From Chiloscyllium plagiosum (Eukaryota), in NCBI RefSeq assembly GCF_004010195.1, contig NC_057719.1, positions 83,647,062 to 83,710,580 on the forward strand: 63,519 nt of DNA, given 5' to 3'. Shown in pieces: positions 36,211 through 48,799 of the stretch. The first letter of the stretch is position 1, and the number at the start of each line of letters is the position of its first letter. The notes beneath the pieces are model-generated. The model ran no database searches and was not told the origin of the DNA. It saw only the letters and a program-made list of their open reading frames with translations. Both the position numbers and the translations under genes were made by a program.

Positions 36211-36624
36211 TTGTGGGGATGAGAGGAGCAGGCAGCATTCTGCACAGTGGAGGCATGTGTGCAGGTATCGTAAAGGCAAACACTTAGGTTAATATGTCAC
36301 CTGAAAGATGGTACTGCTGGGCATGCAGCACACCCCCTCAGTGTGAGGGGTGGATTATAACCAGTCATTAATTTATTTCATAGGTACATCCACAGAACCT
36401 ATTGCTAACAGTTACCCAGACAGAAAGGACACAAACTCATTGATGTGCTGACCCCGATCTTTCACCAAGGTTCATTTTCTAACATTATCAATATGACTCA
36501 TTTCATTAAAACTTACATCATACTATGTCCGCACACCAAATCTAAACCTCCTTTTATAAACACAGAAGATGCTGGAGAAACTCGGCAAGTCTGGCAGCAT
36601 TTGTGGAGAGAGTTAACGTTTTGT

Positions 36625-37570
36625 GTCATAGAGTCATAGAGATGTAAAGCATGGAAACAGACCCTTCGGTCCAACCTGTCCATGCCAACCAGATATCCCA
36701 ACCCAATCTAGTCCCACCTGCCAGCACCCGGCCCACATCCCTCCAAACCCTTCCTATTTGTACCCANNNNNNNNNNNNNNNNNNNNNNNNNNNNNNNNNN
36801 NNNNNNNNNNNNNNNNNNNNNNNNNNNNNNNNNNNNNNNNNNNNNNNNNNNNNNNNNNNNNNNNNNNNNNNNNNNNNNNNNNNNNNNNNNNNNNNNNNNN
36901 NNNNNNNNNNNNNNNNNNNNNNNNNNNNNNNNNNNNNNNNNNNNNNNNNNNNNNNNNNNNNNNNNNNNNNNNNNNNNNNNNNNNNNNNNNNNNNNNNNNN
37001 NNNNNNNNNNNNNNNNNNNNNNNNNNNNNNNNNNNNNNNNNNNNCTACTTTCAAGGAGCTATGAACCTGCACTCCAAGGTCTCTTTGTTCAGCAACACTC
37101 CCTAGGACCTTACCATTAAGTGTATAAGTCCTGCTAAGATTTGCTTTCCCAAAATGCAGCACCTCTCTTTTATCTGAATTAAACTCCATTTGTCACTTCT
37201 CGGCCCATTGGCCCATCTGGTCAAGATCCTGTTGTAATCTGAGGTAACCCTCTTCGCTGTCCACTGCACCTCCAATTTTGGTGTCATCTGCAAACTTACT
37301 AACTGTGCCTCATATGCTCGCATCCAAATCATGTATATAAATGATGAAAAGTGGACCCAGCACCAATCCTTGTGGCACTCCACTGGTCACAGGCCTCCAG
37401 TCCTAAAAACAACCCTCCACCACCACTCTCTGAGTTCTACCTTCGAGCCAGTTCTGTATCCAAATGGCTAGAGATCTAACCTTACTAACCAGTCTCCCAT
37501 GGGGAACCTTGTTGAATGCCTTACTGAAGTCCAAATAGATCACATCTACTGCTCTGCCCTCATCAATCCT
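36625..37570 (-). mobile_element. CR1/HER1 RT to 3' end, spanning a gap
   Basis: [49 protein letters not shown]1 tail. Confidence 0.93.
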
Positions 37571-37756
37571 CGTGTCTGGTATGTGTCTTCTTCAGAACTC
37601 CTTTTGAATGCTCTTAAACATGTTCCTGATTCATAAAAATCCAGATATTATAATAGACTTCTCAAGATCAAATCTTTCAAATATATTCAATCACAATTCT
37701 GTACAAATTACTGCTTACTAAACAGCATTCAATGCTCTAACATAGTGAACCATCCT

Positions 37757-38070
37757 AATTAGATTCCCTACAGTGTGGAAACATGCCCTTTGGCCCAACA
37801 AGTCCACACCGACCCTCCAAAGAGCAACCCGCCCAGACCCATTTCCCTCTGACTAATGCACCTAACACTACGGGCAATTTAGCATGGCCAATTCACCTAA
37901 CCTGCACATCTTTGGATTGTGGGAGGAAACCGGAGCACCAGGAGGAAACTCACGCAGACACAGGGAGAATGTGCAAACTCCACACAGACAGTCACCCGAG
38001 GCTAGAATCGAACCTGGGATCCTGGTCCTATGAGACTGCAGTGCTAACCACTGAGCCACCGTGCCACCCC
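37757..38070 (-). mobile_element. HE1 SINE, full length
   Basis: Antisense head, core and tail; possible TSD cctaat. Confidence 0.93.
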
Positions 38071-39307
38071 TAATGGCCCCACAGAAATGCTACCAGACAA
38101 AACGTGGGTTACACAGGAAATATTAGGGGTGATGCCCAAAACAGAGTTGAATAGATTTTGGGAGGTATTATTGCGATACTATTAGCTGAGTGGTGCATAA
38201 GGTCAACGCACTCCCATACTCTTGCAACATCCACTTTATAGTAAGGCTCTCAATGTATGGATTGGGAATCTCTATCACTGATCTGTGAAATCAACCATGA
38301 TCTTGTCTCTGCATTCAGGACTGGGTTTGTACATATTGTAATGATGTAGGATCAAACATTGCAAATTTTGTCAAACTTAATAAAGACTAACCGCATACTC
38401 GTTAAATCTTCAGTACCACCATGAGGCCGCTGAGCGAACTATCTCCCAGTAATCATGTAATCTTATATTAGTCTCCAAGGAGAATATGAGCAACTTATTT
38501 CCATATTACACTAAATCCTCCATCAAGTCTTGATCACCACCCATTATGTTATATCTCCCAGTCTCTGGGTTGATCCCTGATTCACAGAGATAACTACTGT
38601 GGTGGTTTGGCACAAATACCCAACCCTGTTCTCTGCTGTCTTAGAGGGAATTGGGAAACATGAGCTCTCCATGCATTCTTTCAAACCTGTTAGTCAGTGT
38701 TAGATGATACAGGTCCATTCTTCAGGCATCCCGAAGAACTGGTCCACTCTGTATTACATCACCTCCTTGCAGAAACAAATCAACTCCTGATTCTTTGAAC
38801 TAGTGCACTGTCTGCCTCCGCAGGATAGGATCACGGATGTAGAGTTTCCTCAGGTATTTGGACTAGATGACATTGATCACAAATACACCTCGATTCTCCG
38901 GCCTGGAGGTTCAATAGTCAGTTCGTTCTGTGGCAATGACTGTAAATTGGATCGACTGCAATGATACACATTCCCCTTCTCCTTGTCCAAATCTGCTTCT
39001 GTGAAACATGGCATATGAAAGAATTGAAAGTAGAGCATGTGGGTTCCTCTCCATAAAAAGCTGCATGAATCCAGAACATCCTGAAACAGGGTAGAGTGAT
39101 ACATGAGCTTTTTTTAAAAAAAACTTTTACTGTACTCAATCGTCCTTTGGCTTCAGTGATAGCGTATGACCCGTCTCAGTGAACTAGTCATGTGAAAAGA
39201 CCCATAGGATTCAATTAACGCATTGAAACAATGGTAGGCAAGTTGCAGGCCTCTTTCCAAAATAACAAGAATTGAAATCTCATGTTTGGTGAAAATCTCT
39301 TCCCAGA

Positions 39308-41265
39308 ATGCAAATGGTATTGTATTATAGACCCCCTAATAGTCAGTGGGAAATTGAGAAACAAACTTGTAAGGAGATCTCAGTTATCAGTAAGAATAAT
39401 AGGGTGGTTATGGTAGGGGATTTTAACTTTCCAAACATAGACTGGGACTGCCATAGTGCTAAAGGTTTAGATGGAGAAATTGAGGGTTTGGTTAAGAAAA
39501 AGAAGGAAGCATATGTCAGGTATAGACAGGATAGGTCGAGTGAATCCTTAGAAGGCAGTAGGAGTATACATAAGAAGGGCAAAAAGAGGACATGAGATAG
39601 CTTTGGCAAATAGAGTTAAGGAGTATTCAAATGGTTTTTAAAAATACATTAAGGACAAAAGGGTAATTAGGGCCCCTCAAAGATCAACAACGCAGCCTAT
39701 GTGTGGAGCCACAGAAGATGGGGAGATACCAAATGAGTATTTTGCATCAGTATTTACTGTGGAGAATGACATGGAAGATATAGACTGTAGGGAAATAGAT
39801 GGTGACATCTTGAAAAATGTCCGGGTTACAGAGGAGGTGGTGCTGGATGTCTTGAAACGCATAAAGGTGGATAAATCCCCAGGACCTGATCAGGTGTACC
39901 CAAGAACTCTGTGGGAAACTAGGGGAGTGATTGCTGGGCCCCTTGCTGAGATATTTGTATCATTGATAGTCACAGCTGAGGTGCCGGAAGACTGGAGGTT
40001 GGCTAATGTAGTGCCACTGTTTAAGAAAGATGGTAAGGACAAGCCAGGGAACTATAGACCGGTGAGCCTGACCTCGGTGGTGGGCAGATTTTTGGAGGGA
40101 ATCCTGAGGGACAGGATGTACATGTACTTGGAAAGGCAAGGACTGATTAGGGATAGTCAACATGGCTTTGTGCGTGGGAAATCATGTCTCGCAAACTTGA
40201 TTGAGTTTTTTGAAGAAGTAACAAAGAGGATTGATGAGGGCAGAGTGGTAGACTGGAGGCCTGTGACCAGTGGAGTGCCACAAGGATCGGTGCTGGGTCC
40301 ACTTCTTTTTGTCATTTATATAAATGATTTGGCTGTGAACATGGGAGGTATGGTTAGTAAATTTACAGATGACACAATCGGAGGTGTAGTGGACAGCGAA
40401 GAAGGTTACCTTGGATTACAACAGGATCTTGATCAGATGGGCCAATGGGCTGAGGAGTTGCAGATGGAGTTAATTTAGATAAATGCAAGGTGCTGCATTT
40501 TGGCAAAGCAAATCACAGCAGGACTTATCCACTTAATGGTAAGGTCCTGGGGAGTGTTGCTGAACGAAGAGACCTTAGAGTGCAGGTTCATAACTCCTTA
40601 AAGTAGAGTCGCAGGTGGATAGGATACTGAAGAAGGCATTTGGTATACTTTTCTTTATTGGTCAGAGTATTGAGTACAGGAGTTGGGAAGTCATGTTGTG
40701 GCTGTACTGGACACTTTTGGAATATTGCGTGCAATTCTGGTCTCCTTCCTATCACAAGGATGTTGTGAAACTTGAAAGGGTTCAGAAAAGATTTACAAGG
40801 ATATTGCCAGGGTTGGAGGGCTTCAGCTATAGGGAGAGGCTGAAAAGGCTGGGGCTGTTTTCCCTGGAGCGTCAGAGGCTGAGGGATGACCTTCTAGAGT
40901 TTTATAAAATCATGAGGAGCATGGATAGGAGAAATAGACAAGGTCTTTTTCCTGGGGTCGGGAATTCCAGGCTAGAGGGCATAGGTTCAGGGTGAGAGGG
41001 AAAAGACATAAAAGAGACCTAAGGGGCAACTTTTTCACGTGGATGTTGGTACGCGTATGGAATGAGCTGCCAGGGGATGTGGTGGAGGCTGGTACAATTA
41101 CAACATTTGAGAGGCATTTGGATGGGTATATGAATAGGAAGGGTTTGGAGGGATATGGGCCAAGTGCTGGCAATTGGTACTAGATTAGTTTGGGATATCG
41201 AGTCGGCATGGACAGGTTGAAACGAAGGGTCTGTTTCCGTGCTGTACATCTCTTTGACTCTATCT
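39308..41265 (+). mobile_element. CR1/HER1 LINE with internal deletions (EN fragment, RT, 3' end)
   Basis: YYRPPNS..VGDFNFPNIDW; ORF 39699-40478 with NYRPVSLTS, QHGFVRGKSC, GVPQGSVLGPLLF, KFTDDT; LEYCVQFWSP; HER1 tail. Confidence 0.95.
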
Positions 41266-41289
41266 GTTTCAGAGGTAGAACCCTGTAGA

Positions 41290-42655
41290 CATTTTCCCTT
41301 GATCCACCTTGAATCCACCTTCTGCCAGACTGGATGAGGAACTTCTTTCAGTGTAAACAAACACACAGAATTTGCTTCAGGAAGTACAGTCATGTGATGA
41401 GCTGTTTTCAGCTTCCCATGCCTTTTGAAGAACTGCACAAATGTAGTGCTAAAAGCTTTCGGTTTTCCTTGGTTTCTTAATTCTCCCACTTTGTAAATTA
41501 GCTGTAAAACTCTTCCACTTTAAAGTGAGCAATTCTGATTCTGGACTATACATATAATGTTCCTCTCTGTATATAGATGGACGGCAGTTATCTGTCCCAC
41601 TTCAGAATAGAACAGCCTTTACTGTCATGTACGCTCTGATGAGTGCAGTAACAAGTTTGTAATGTCACCTCTTGACGCCATCTTAGGTACAGGGTACCTA
41701 GGTACAGATACTTCAAGTGTTGTTACAGAATTGAAATGGTAAAAGATAAGATTAGTATGGGATTAGAGAGTTTATGAAGTCCCAAACGAGAATAAAAGGA
41801 ATGTTTAAACTGCTCAAGCTCTAGTCCCTTTCTCATGCGTCCGTGCCCACTGGCTTCAGAACATGAGACCTTGCTGCCTCCACGTGCTGGCCTCTATCCT
41901 GGACCCGCCTCCAGTACCCGTCCCCTCGACCGGCCTGGGCTCACTGTGCTCCCGCTCCAGGCTCTGGGCTCTAGCCTGTGACTCGGTTCCCAGCTCAGCC
42001 CGTGCTCACCCTGCTCCCGCTCCATTCAGTCCTGACTTTGGGTTTAATGCTTCCTGGGCCATTTACTTTCGATAGCTGACGAGAATCTTGCTTGAACCGC
42101 AGCTCAGCATCAGAAGAAACTAAAACTCCACCCCCAGTAGCCAGTTTAAAACTTGCTGTTGGCTAAAATTTCTATACTCTTGCTGTGACGTGCTGCTTTA
42201 AGATGACTCATCTTTTTACAAAAATGGTCCTTTGCAGTTTTGATGGGACAGCTGGGTGGATGCTGTCTTTTCTTGTCATTCTGATAATAATGGATCATGG
42301 CAGCTACTGTGTTCTCTTTGTACACCCCCTGTGTCTGTACAGCTATGTTTTCACTACAGAGTTTAACAAACTGCATTCCTGACCCCACAGTAATTGTATG
42401 GTTCTGTTTTCAAACTTCAGCTTGCTTTGTCAACCGGACAGCATTCAAAAACGTCAAGTCATCCCAGGACTGCAAAACATCTGACAACGTTTCACTGAAG
42501 ACCTCTGCAACAATTCAGTCTCAGGTCAATACTTCCTATAAATTTGCATATTCACACTTATCCACGGGCTGGGATAAATCATTAACAGGCATTAACATTC
42601 ACTCCCAGTCCCTGGGTGCATTCAACAGGAGTATTTTTCCTGAGACACACTGAGT
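41290..42655 (-). mobile_element. Gypsy/Ty3 internal remnant (gag with zinc knuckle, pre-RT region), interrupted at ~41600-42110
   Basis: ETLSDVLQSWDDLTFLNAVRLTKQAEV (cf. gag LSE.LQ..DLTL.KA..RQ.E); H..SCP..CKKMSH; GKLKTAHHMTVLPEANSVCLFTLKEVPHP. Confidence 0.65.
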
Positions 42656-42659
42656 ACTT

Positions 42660-42841
42660 GAATTACTTTATCACATGCAGTGTCTTCCATGCTGACCTGT
42701 ACCTGTGTTTTTGGTTTTGCTGCTGTTTACCTATTATTTACTATCCATGCTACTTAACTCTGTGATCTGCCTGTGTTGCTCGCAAGACAAAGCTTTTCAC
42801 TGTGTCTCGGTACACCTGACAATAAATTCAATTCAATTCTT
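42660..42841 (+). mobile_element. Rex1/Babar-type 3' end
   Basis: caaagcttttcactgtgtctcggtacacctgacaataaattcaattcaatt; matches 47960-48025. Confidence 0.65.
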
Positions 42842-43029
42842 ATCTTTTATGAGGACCCTTGTGGTGCAGTGGTAGTGTCAACTTGTGGCCCAGGAGGTCC
42901 GAGGTTCAAGTCCTACTCACTCCAGACAATTCTGACCAGGTTGATTTTAAAACGTCTACCGCGACATTGTCACCTCAGATCGCAAACAAGAGAATACTGA
43001 TGCCCTTTTGCCAGGCGGGGGGGGGGGGG

Positions 43030-43320
43030 AGTTCAGAACTACAGGGCACAGATTTAAGGTGGGAAGGGAAAGATTAAAAAGGGACCTGAAAGGGCAGCTT
43101 TTTCACCCAGAGGGTGGTGCGTGTATGGAATGAGCTGCCAGAGGAAGTGGTGGAGGCTGGTACAATTGCAACATTTAAAAGGCATCTGAATGGGTATATG
43201 AATAGGAAGGGTTTAGAGGGATATGGGCCAAGTGCTGGCAAACGGGATGAAATTAATTTAGGGTATCTGGTTGGCATGGATGTGTTGGACCAATGGGTCT
43301 GTTTCCAGGCTACATGACTT
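43030..43320 (+). mobile_element. CR1/HER1 3' end
   Basis: VRVWNELPEEVVEAGTIATFKRHLNGYMNRKGLEGYG. Confidence 0.9.
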
Positions 43321-43864
43321 TATCTGCTCCTTGCTGGGCTATAGAGCTCCTTCAGCCACTGTTCAACCTGATTTGAGCCTCTAATCTGGCCAACACACTC
43401 TGGTAAGGGCAATGACTTCCCCTTTACTTTTTCTTCATTAGTTGCTGCTCTCCATATGCTGTTCAACGGTGACCTTTCGCTGTTCCTGTTACCCATTGAC
43501 CGCTGCCTCCTCATACCATGATTGGGTTCAGGAGAGAGGTTAGTCAATATATTAGGAGTCTTTTGATATACGGACCAATACCTTTTTTTAATATTTAAAC
43601 ATAATAGATAAGTGCTGTTTACAAATACATCTTCACCTCTGTCACGGGCTGTTAAGGAGAACCATCAACACATACTCAGGTGATTTAACCCACTGATATT
43701 TAAACTATCAGACTTAAATATTTACATTAATTCTTTACACTCAATGCCTATTGTGTTCAAATTCTTTGCTAATTCAGGCACTGCATTGCAGAAGAAGAGT
43801 TTCATCCTCAAGCGATCCCTAATTCTTTGAGTTGTACACACAATGCAAGGTACAAGAGCCAATC

Positions 43865-44480
43865 AGTACACTGTGTCACTATTGATGTTAATCCAACTCT
43901 CTTGCATTGTCACTCAGTAATCCCTCTCCTCCATCACCCTGTGTTACTGACTGTATCTGGATTGATATTAATCCAGCTCCCTTACACTGTCACTCAGAAA
44001 CCCCTCTCCCCCAGCACCCTGTGTCACTGACTGTATCTCTCCTGATATTAATCCAGCTCCCTCACCCTGTCACTCAGTAACCCCTCTTCCCCAGCACTGT
44101 GTCACTGACTGTATCTCTCCTGGTGTTAATCCAGCTCCCTCACACTGTCACTCACTAACTCCTCTCCCACAGCACATTGTGTCACTGACTGTATCTCTCC
44201 TGATGTTAATCCAGCTCCCTTACACTGTCACTCAGTAACTCCACTCCCCCAGCACCCTGTGTTACTGACTGTATCTCTCCTGATGTTAATCCAGCTCCCT
44301 TACACTGTCACTCAGTATCCCCTCTCCCCAGCACCCTGTGTTACTGACTGTATCTCTCCTGGTGTTAATCCAGCTCCCTCACACTGTCACTCAGTAACTC
44401 CTCTCCCCCAGCACCCCGTGTTACTGACTCTATCTCTCCTGGTGTTAATCCAGCTCCCTCACACTGTCACTCAGTAATTT
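43865..44480. repeat. ~79-80-bp minisatellite, ~7.5 copies
   Basis: ctgtcactcagtaa..ccccagcaccctgtgt.actgactgtatctctcctg.tgttaatccagctccct.aca recurring every ~80 bp. Confidence 0.95.
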
Positions 44481-45109
44481 CTCACACCAGTTACTGTCTC
44501 TAATGCAGAAGCTGTACTCTTAATGGAATCTGATTCAAATTTCTGTCTTGAGAAGGTTTTCAGATGGCTGGTCTTTTAACTTGCTGAGTTACTTTGCTGG
44601 ATTGAATGAACCTTTTCCTCCCAGTTCAGTACAAAACACCTTCAGATCAGGAGCCCATTTCTTTGACAGGAACCTCCCATGCTTACTGACCTTTACATTT
44701 CTAAGCTGGAATCCATTGCTAACAGTAAATACTGCTGAGGATGTGTGGAGGTGAAATGTTTCTGTGTAAATTCACTGCCTTCCCCATCACTATCTGAGGC
44801 ATAATCTACGGTGGAGTTATTGTTAAATAGCTCTGCTCCCCAGCTAGTACTGAAATATGAGTTTACACTCGAAAACGCATGTCCAGGAGTGGGATCATGC
44901 TGACTTCCCATTTCATTCACAATGGGGAGTGTAACCAATTCCCCAGGATCACCTTGGAGTCTCTATGAAGTCAGGATTAACCTCCAGTGTTGTATGAGGT
45001 AATGGTTCTGAAAGAGTTAATACTGAAATTGTATTAAGCTCCACCCAATCCTAATGATGTCGCATAACCCTGGACGGAAATAGAGGAGCCCAGCACAAGG
45101 GTGCAATGG

Positions 45110-45805
45110 AGACAGACTGTCATCACTATTACTTCACTCAGTCTAGTTCACTTTATTCACTACTCACAATGTGGTCTCCTCTACATTGGGTGACTGCTTC
45201 ACAGAACATCTACGTTCTGTCCACAAAAATGACCCCGAGCTTCCAGTTCCCTGCCACTTTAACACCCCATCCTGTTCCCTGGCCAACATCTCTGTCTCAG
45301 TCCTGCTGCAGTGTTCCAGCGTTCCAGCACAAGCTAGGAGAACAGCACCTCATTTTCCACTTGGAAACACTATAGCCTTCTGGACTCAATATCGAGTTCA
45401 ACAACTACAGGGCTTGAGCTTCTCCCACGTCCTTACCTAACCCCCACACAACAGGCTTTATTATCACATGGTCTGCTAAAAAACACACAACCCATTGTTA
45501 GACGCTAACAGTCCCCTTTAATAGCTATTCACCCTCCAAGGCAACCATTACTTACCTCTTTGTCTGTCCAACAGTTCTTTTCCCTCTTTGAGCTCTATCT
45601 CCACCTATTATTTACTCTTTACTCCCTCCCCACACCATATCTTCTGCATAAAAACCCTTATTTTCCTAGCTACCATCGGTTTTGAGGAAGGGTCACTGGT
45701 CCTGAAACATTAGCTCTCCGAAGGTACCGCCAGACCCATCGAGCTTCCCCAGCAATATCTGCTTTTGTTTCTGATTTCCAGCATCTGCTGTTCTTTTGGT
45801 TTTTA
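45110..45805 (+). mobile_element. Penelope-like element 3' end (same family as 29958-30560)
   Basis: CGLLYIG, DCFTEHLRSVHKNDPELPVPCHFN, HKLGEQHLIFHL; decayed hammerhead near 45680-45715. Confidence 0.85.
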
Positions 45806-45889
45806 TGTCACTGCTAGTTCCCGAGAGTCTCTGTAATTTTGCCTAACTAGTGGGTATAATTTGGTACCTATTGCTATTGTGTAATAAAC

Positions 45890-46083
45890 TACAGTCGGTT
45901 CTGCTATAAGGCGTGTCTCTTTAACACAAATTGTAGAATCTAGGCAGTTATTTGCAGAACATTCCTTACCTGTATTGGCTATAATGTGATTCTGGCCCCA
46001 TTAGCTTAAATGATGTGGCTACTGCACAATTTTCTTGTAACGTGAGATCGCATGACAACGGATTATTATCATAACTGGCTGTA
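45890..46083. mobile_element. Tigger-like MITE
   Basis: TA-cagtcggttctgctataa ... ttatcataactggctg-TA. Confidence 0.65.
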
Positions 46084-46749
46084 CATCTTTACAAGAACAT
46101 TTACTTGCTCAGACTCTACAGAGGTCTGCCCTGTACTAGTGCTAATTGCACAGGCCCTCAGACTCAGCATTGATTGCTGCATGCTGTGGACGGGGTGTGC
46201 ATGTCTTTCTGCCTGGTGCTGTCAAAAGAGGGAAGAAATATTGTTCACCAGCTTTCACGGAAGGACAGGCTGGCTGAGGAGAAGGTGGCTAGGGCCACTA
46301 TGAGTGCCAGTACATGGTAGTGCGTGGTGGTAGTGCGTGGGTGGGTGGGTGGGTGGGGGAACATTGCAGGGCGAGGACAAACATTCAGCCACAAGCATCT
46401 CCACCTCCACCTGCACGTCCAAGGTATTATGGACCAAACCAGACCCCCTCTAAGTATTTTAAGAAGGAAGGCTAGACCCTAACTTGTTCTCAATTTTTAA
46501 GATAAATGCAAAGTGTCTCTGTTCCAGATGTAATTCGACTGGTCAAACCACACAATGTTAAGCCAAACACAGTTTGTTTAAACACTGAAGTTAAAGTACA
46601 ATCAACGAGCTGCAAAGTGTTTGTATAACACCTCAACCATTTCCCTTGACAGCACATGCAACTTTTCATTTTGGTCCCTATTTGGCCCTTTGCCACTATT
46701 TTACTAACGCTGAGCTTAAACAAGTCTGTGGGATTTCTCTTCTCCAACC

Positions 46750-48027
46750 TCGGTAATTATGAAGTGCTTCGAGAGGTTAGCCATGGCTCACATTGGCTCC
46801 AGCCTCCCAAACTGCCTTGATCCTTTACAATTCACTTCCCGATGCAACAGTCCACAGCAGAAACCATCTCCCTGGCCCAACACTCATCCCTGGAATATCT
46901 GGGTGATACCTACATCAAGCTCCTACTTATTGATGACAGCTCCACTTTCAAGACCGTATTTGCAAACCAACTCATCTCCAAACTCTCAGGTCTCTGCTCC
47001 ACCCTCTGCAACTAGATCCTCGACTTCCTGATCGACAGACTGCAATCAGTGAGAATAGGCAACAGCACCTCCTCCATGATAGTCCTCGACACCAGCACCC
47101 TGCAAGGCAGCATACTCAGTTCGTTATACACTCACGCCTATATGGCCAAATTCTGCCCTAACTCCATTTACAGATTCGCCGATGACATCACTGTTGTAGG
47201 CTGGATCTCAAACTATGACGAAACAGAATCCAGGAAAGAGATAGGGCACTTGGTGGTGTATTGTAAAAATAACAATCTCTCCATCAACATCAGCAAAATG
47301 AAGGAGCTGGACATTGACTTCAGGAAGTGGAGTAGAGGGCACGCCGATGCCGCTGAGATGGAGATGGTCGAAAGCGTCAAATTCTTGGGAGTGATGATCA
47401 CCAACAATCTGTCCTGGTCCATCCAGGTTGATGCAACGGTGTAGAAAGTGCACCAATGTCTCTACTTCCTCAGAGTCTAAGGAAATTTGGCATGTCTTTA
47501 AGGACTCTGACCAATTTTTATAGATGCACTATAGAAAACATCCTATCCGGATAAATAAGTTGCTTGGTACGGCAACTGCTCTGCCCAGGCCTGTGAGAAA
47601 CTACAGAGAGTTGTGAATACAGCTCAGTCCATCACACAAACCCACCTTCCAGCCACTGACTCCATCTATACTTCCCTCTGCCTCAGGAAGGCAGCGATAT
47701 CATCAAAGGCCCCTCCCACCCCGGTTATAATCTCTTCTAATCTCTTCCATTGGGCAGAAGATACAGAAGCTTAAACACCGTACCAACAGATTCAAGAACA
47801 GATTCTTCCCCGCTGTTATTAGACTTCTAAATGGACCTCTCAAGTTTCATGTTGATCTCACCCTTTATGCACCTTTCTCTGCAGCTGTAACATTGGATTC
47901 CTCGCTCTGTTCTATTACCCTAATGAACTGTGTATGGTATCATCTGCCTGTACTGCACGCAAAACAAAACCTTTCACTGTACCTAGGTACATGTGACAGT
48001 AATAAATCAAATTCCATCAAATCAAAC
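46750..48027 (+). mobile_element. Rex1/Babar LINE, RT and 3' end
   Basis: MKCFERLAMAHI.SSLP.CLDPLQF; LQGSILS; RFADDITVVG; KFLGVMITNNLSW; tail aataaatcaaa..atcaaatcaaa. Confidence 0.88.
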
Positions 48028-48084
48028 CACCCAGAGTTCTGAAGGCGATAACTGAGGAGGTTGTATGGGCATTAATTTAGATTT

Positions 48085-48790
48085 AGATTTGGGTTTAGAT
48101 TTTATTGTCAGGTGTACTGGAATACAATGAAAAGTGGGCAAAGTTGCCATTCTCTGAAGCCATCTTTGTAACAAAAAACAGCATGAAAAACAGAAGCAGA
48201 AATAAAAGAAACAGCCAAAAGAAAAGGAAACGCCCAGATTACTCCCCCATGAGTCACCTCCAACAGAACAACAAAGCCACCAAATCCGCCCCTTAATCCG
48301 CGAACACTCAGGTGCCCCGAATCCTCATATGTCACTGCAGCCGGAACTCCACTGCCTCCATTGGGCTTAGCTGTGTCCCAAGATGCACTGTTGGAAGCAT
48401 GTCACCGCTCTATGGCGCCATCTTGCCTTCACCAACATCAGCACCACCGTGAGTCCGCACTGGGCCCAAACCCGATGCTAGGCCCACCACACCGAAGCAA
48501 ACAGTGCCTCGTTTTGGCTTACACCGCTGCCACTGCCACCGCCACCTCCTGGCGACACCGTTTCAGCAAAGGAACCTGCCACCGCTGAACCCTTAGAAAG
48601 AACTGCTCCCGCCATTGCCCACACTCCAAGGGGAACCACACCTGCTGAGGTACAGGAAAATAAAGAGCTGAAGTAAAAGAAAGAGAGAGAAAACAGAAAG
48701 GCAGTGGGAAGCAGGCCAGCCCCAAGCCCAGGACCCAGGCCCAAATGCTGCTACTCTGCTGACGCCAGCTTGAAAAAGGTTTCTTTCAAT
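48085..48790 (-). mobile_element. GC-rich non-autonomous element with Rex1-like 3' tail (similar element at ~41600-42110)
   Basis: Antisense cttttcattgtattccagtacacctgacaataaaatctaaa tail at 48095-48135. Confidence 0.45.
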
Positions 48791-48799
48791 AATCAATGG

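Noticed and set aside
42535..42560. Octamer ATTTGCAT suggesting an immunoglobulin promoter
   Set aside because: It lies within a Gypsy gag remnant; no leader or V exon follows, and the CACAGTG heptamers I checked lack a nonamer at 12/23 spacing.
43865..44480. Regularly spaced repeat superficially like a CRISPR array
   Set aside because: Head-to-tail units with no unique spacers, no cas genes, vertebrate context; it is a minisatellite. The same applies to 34280-34740.
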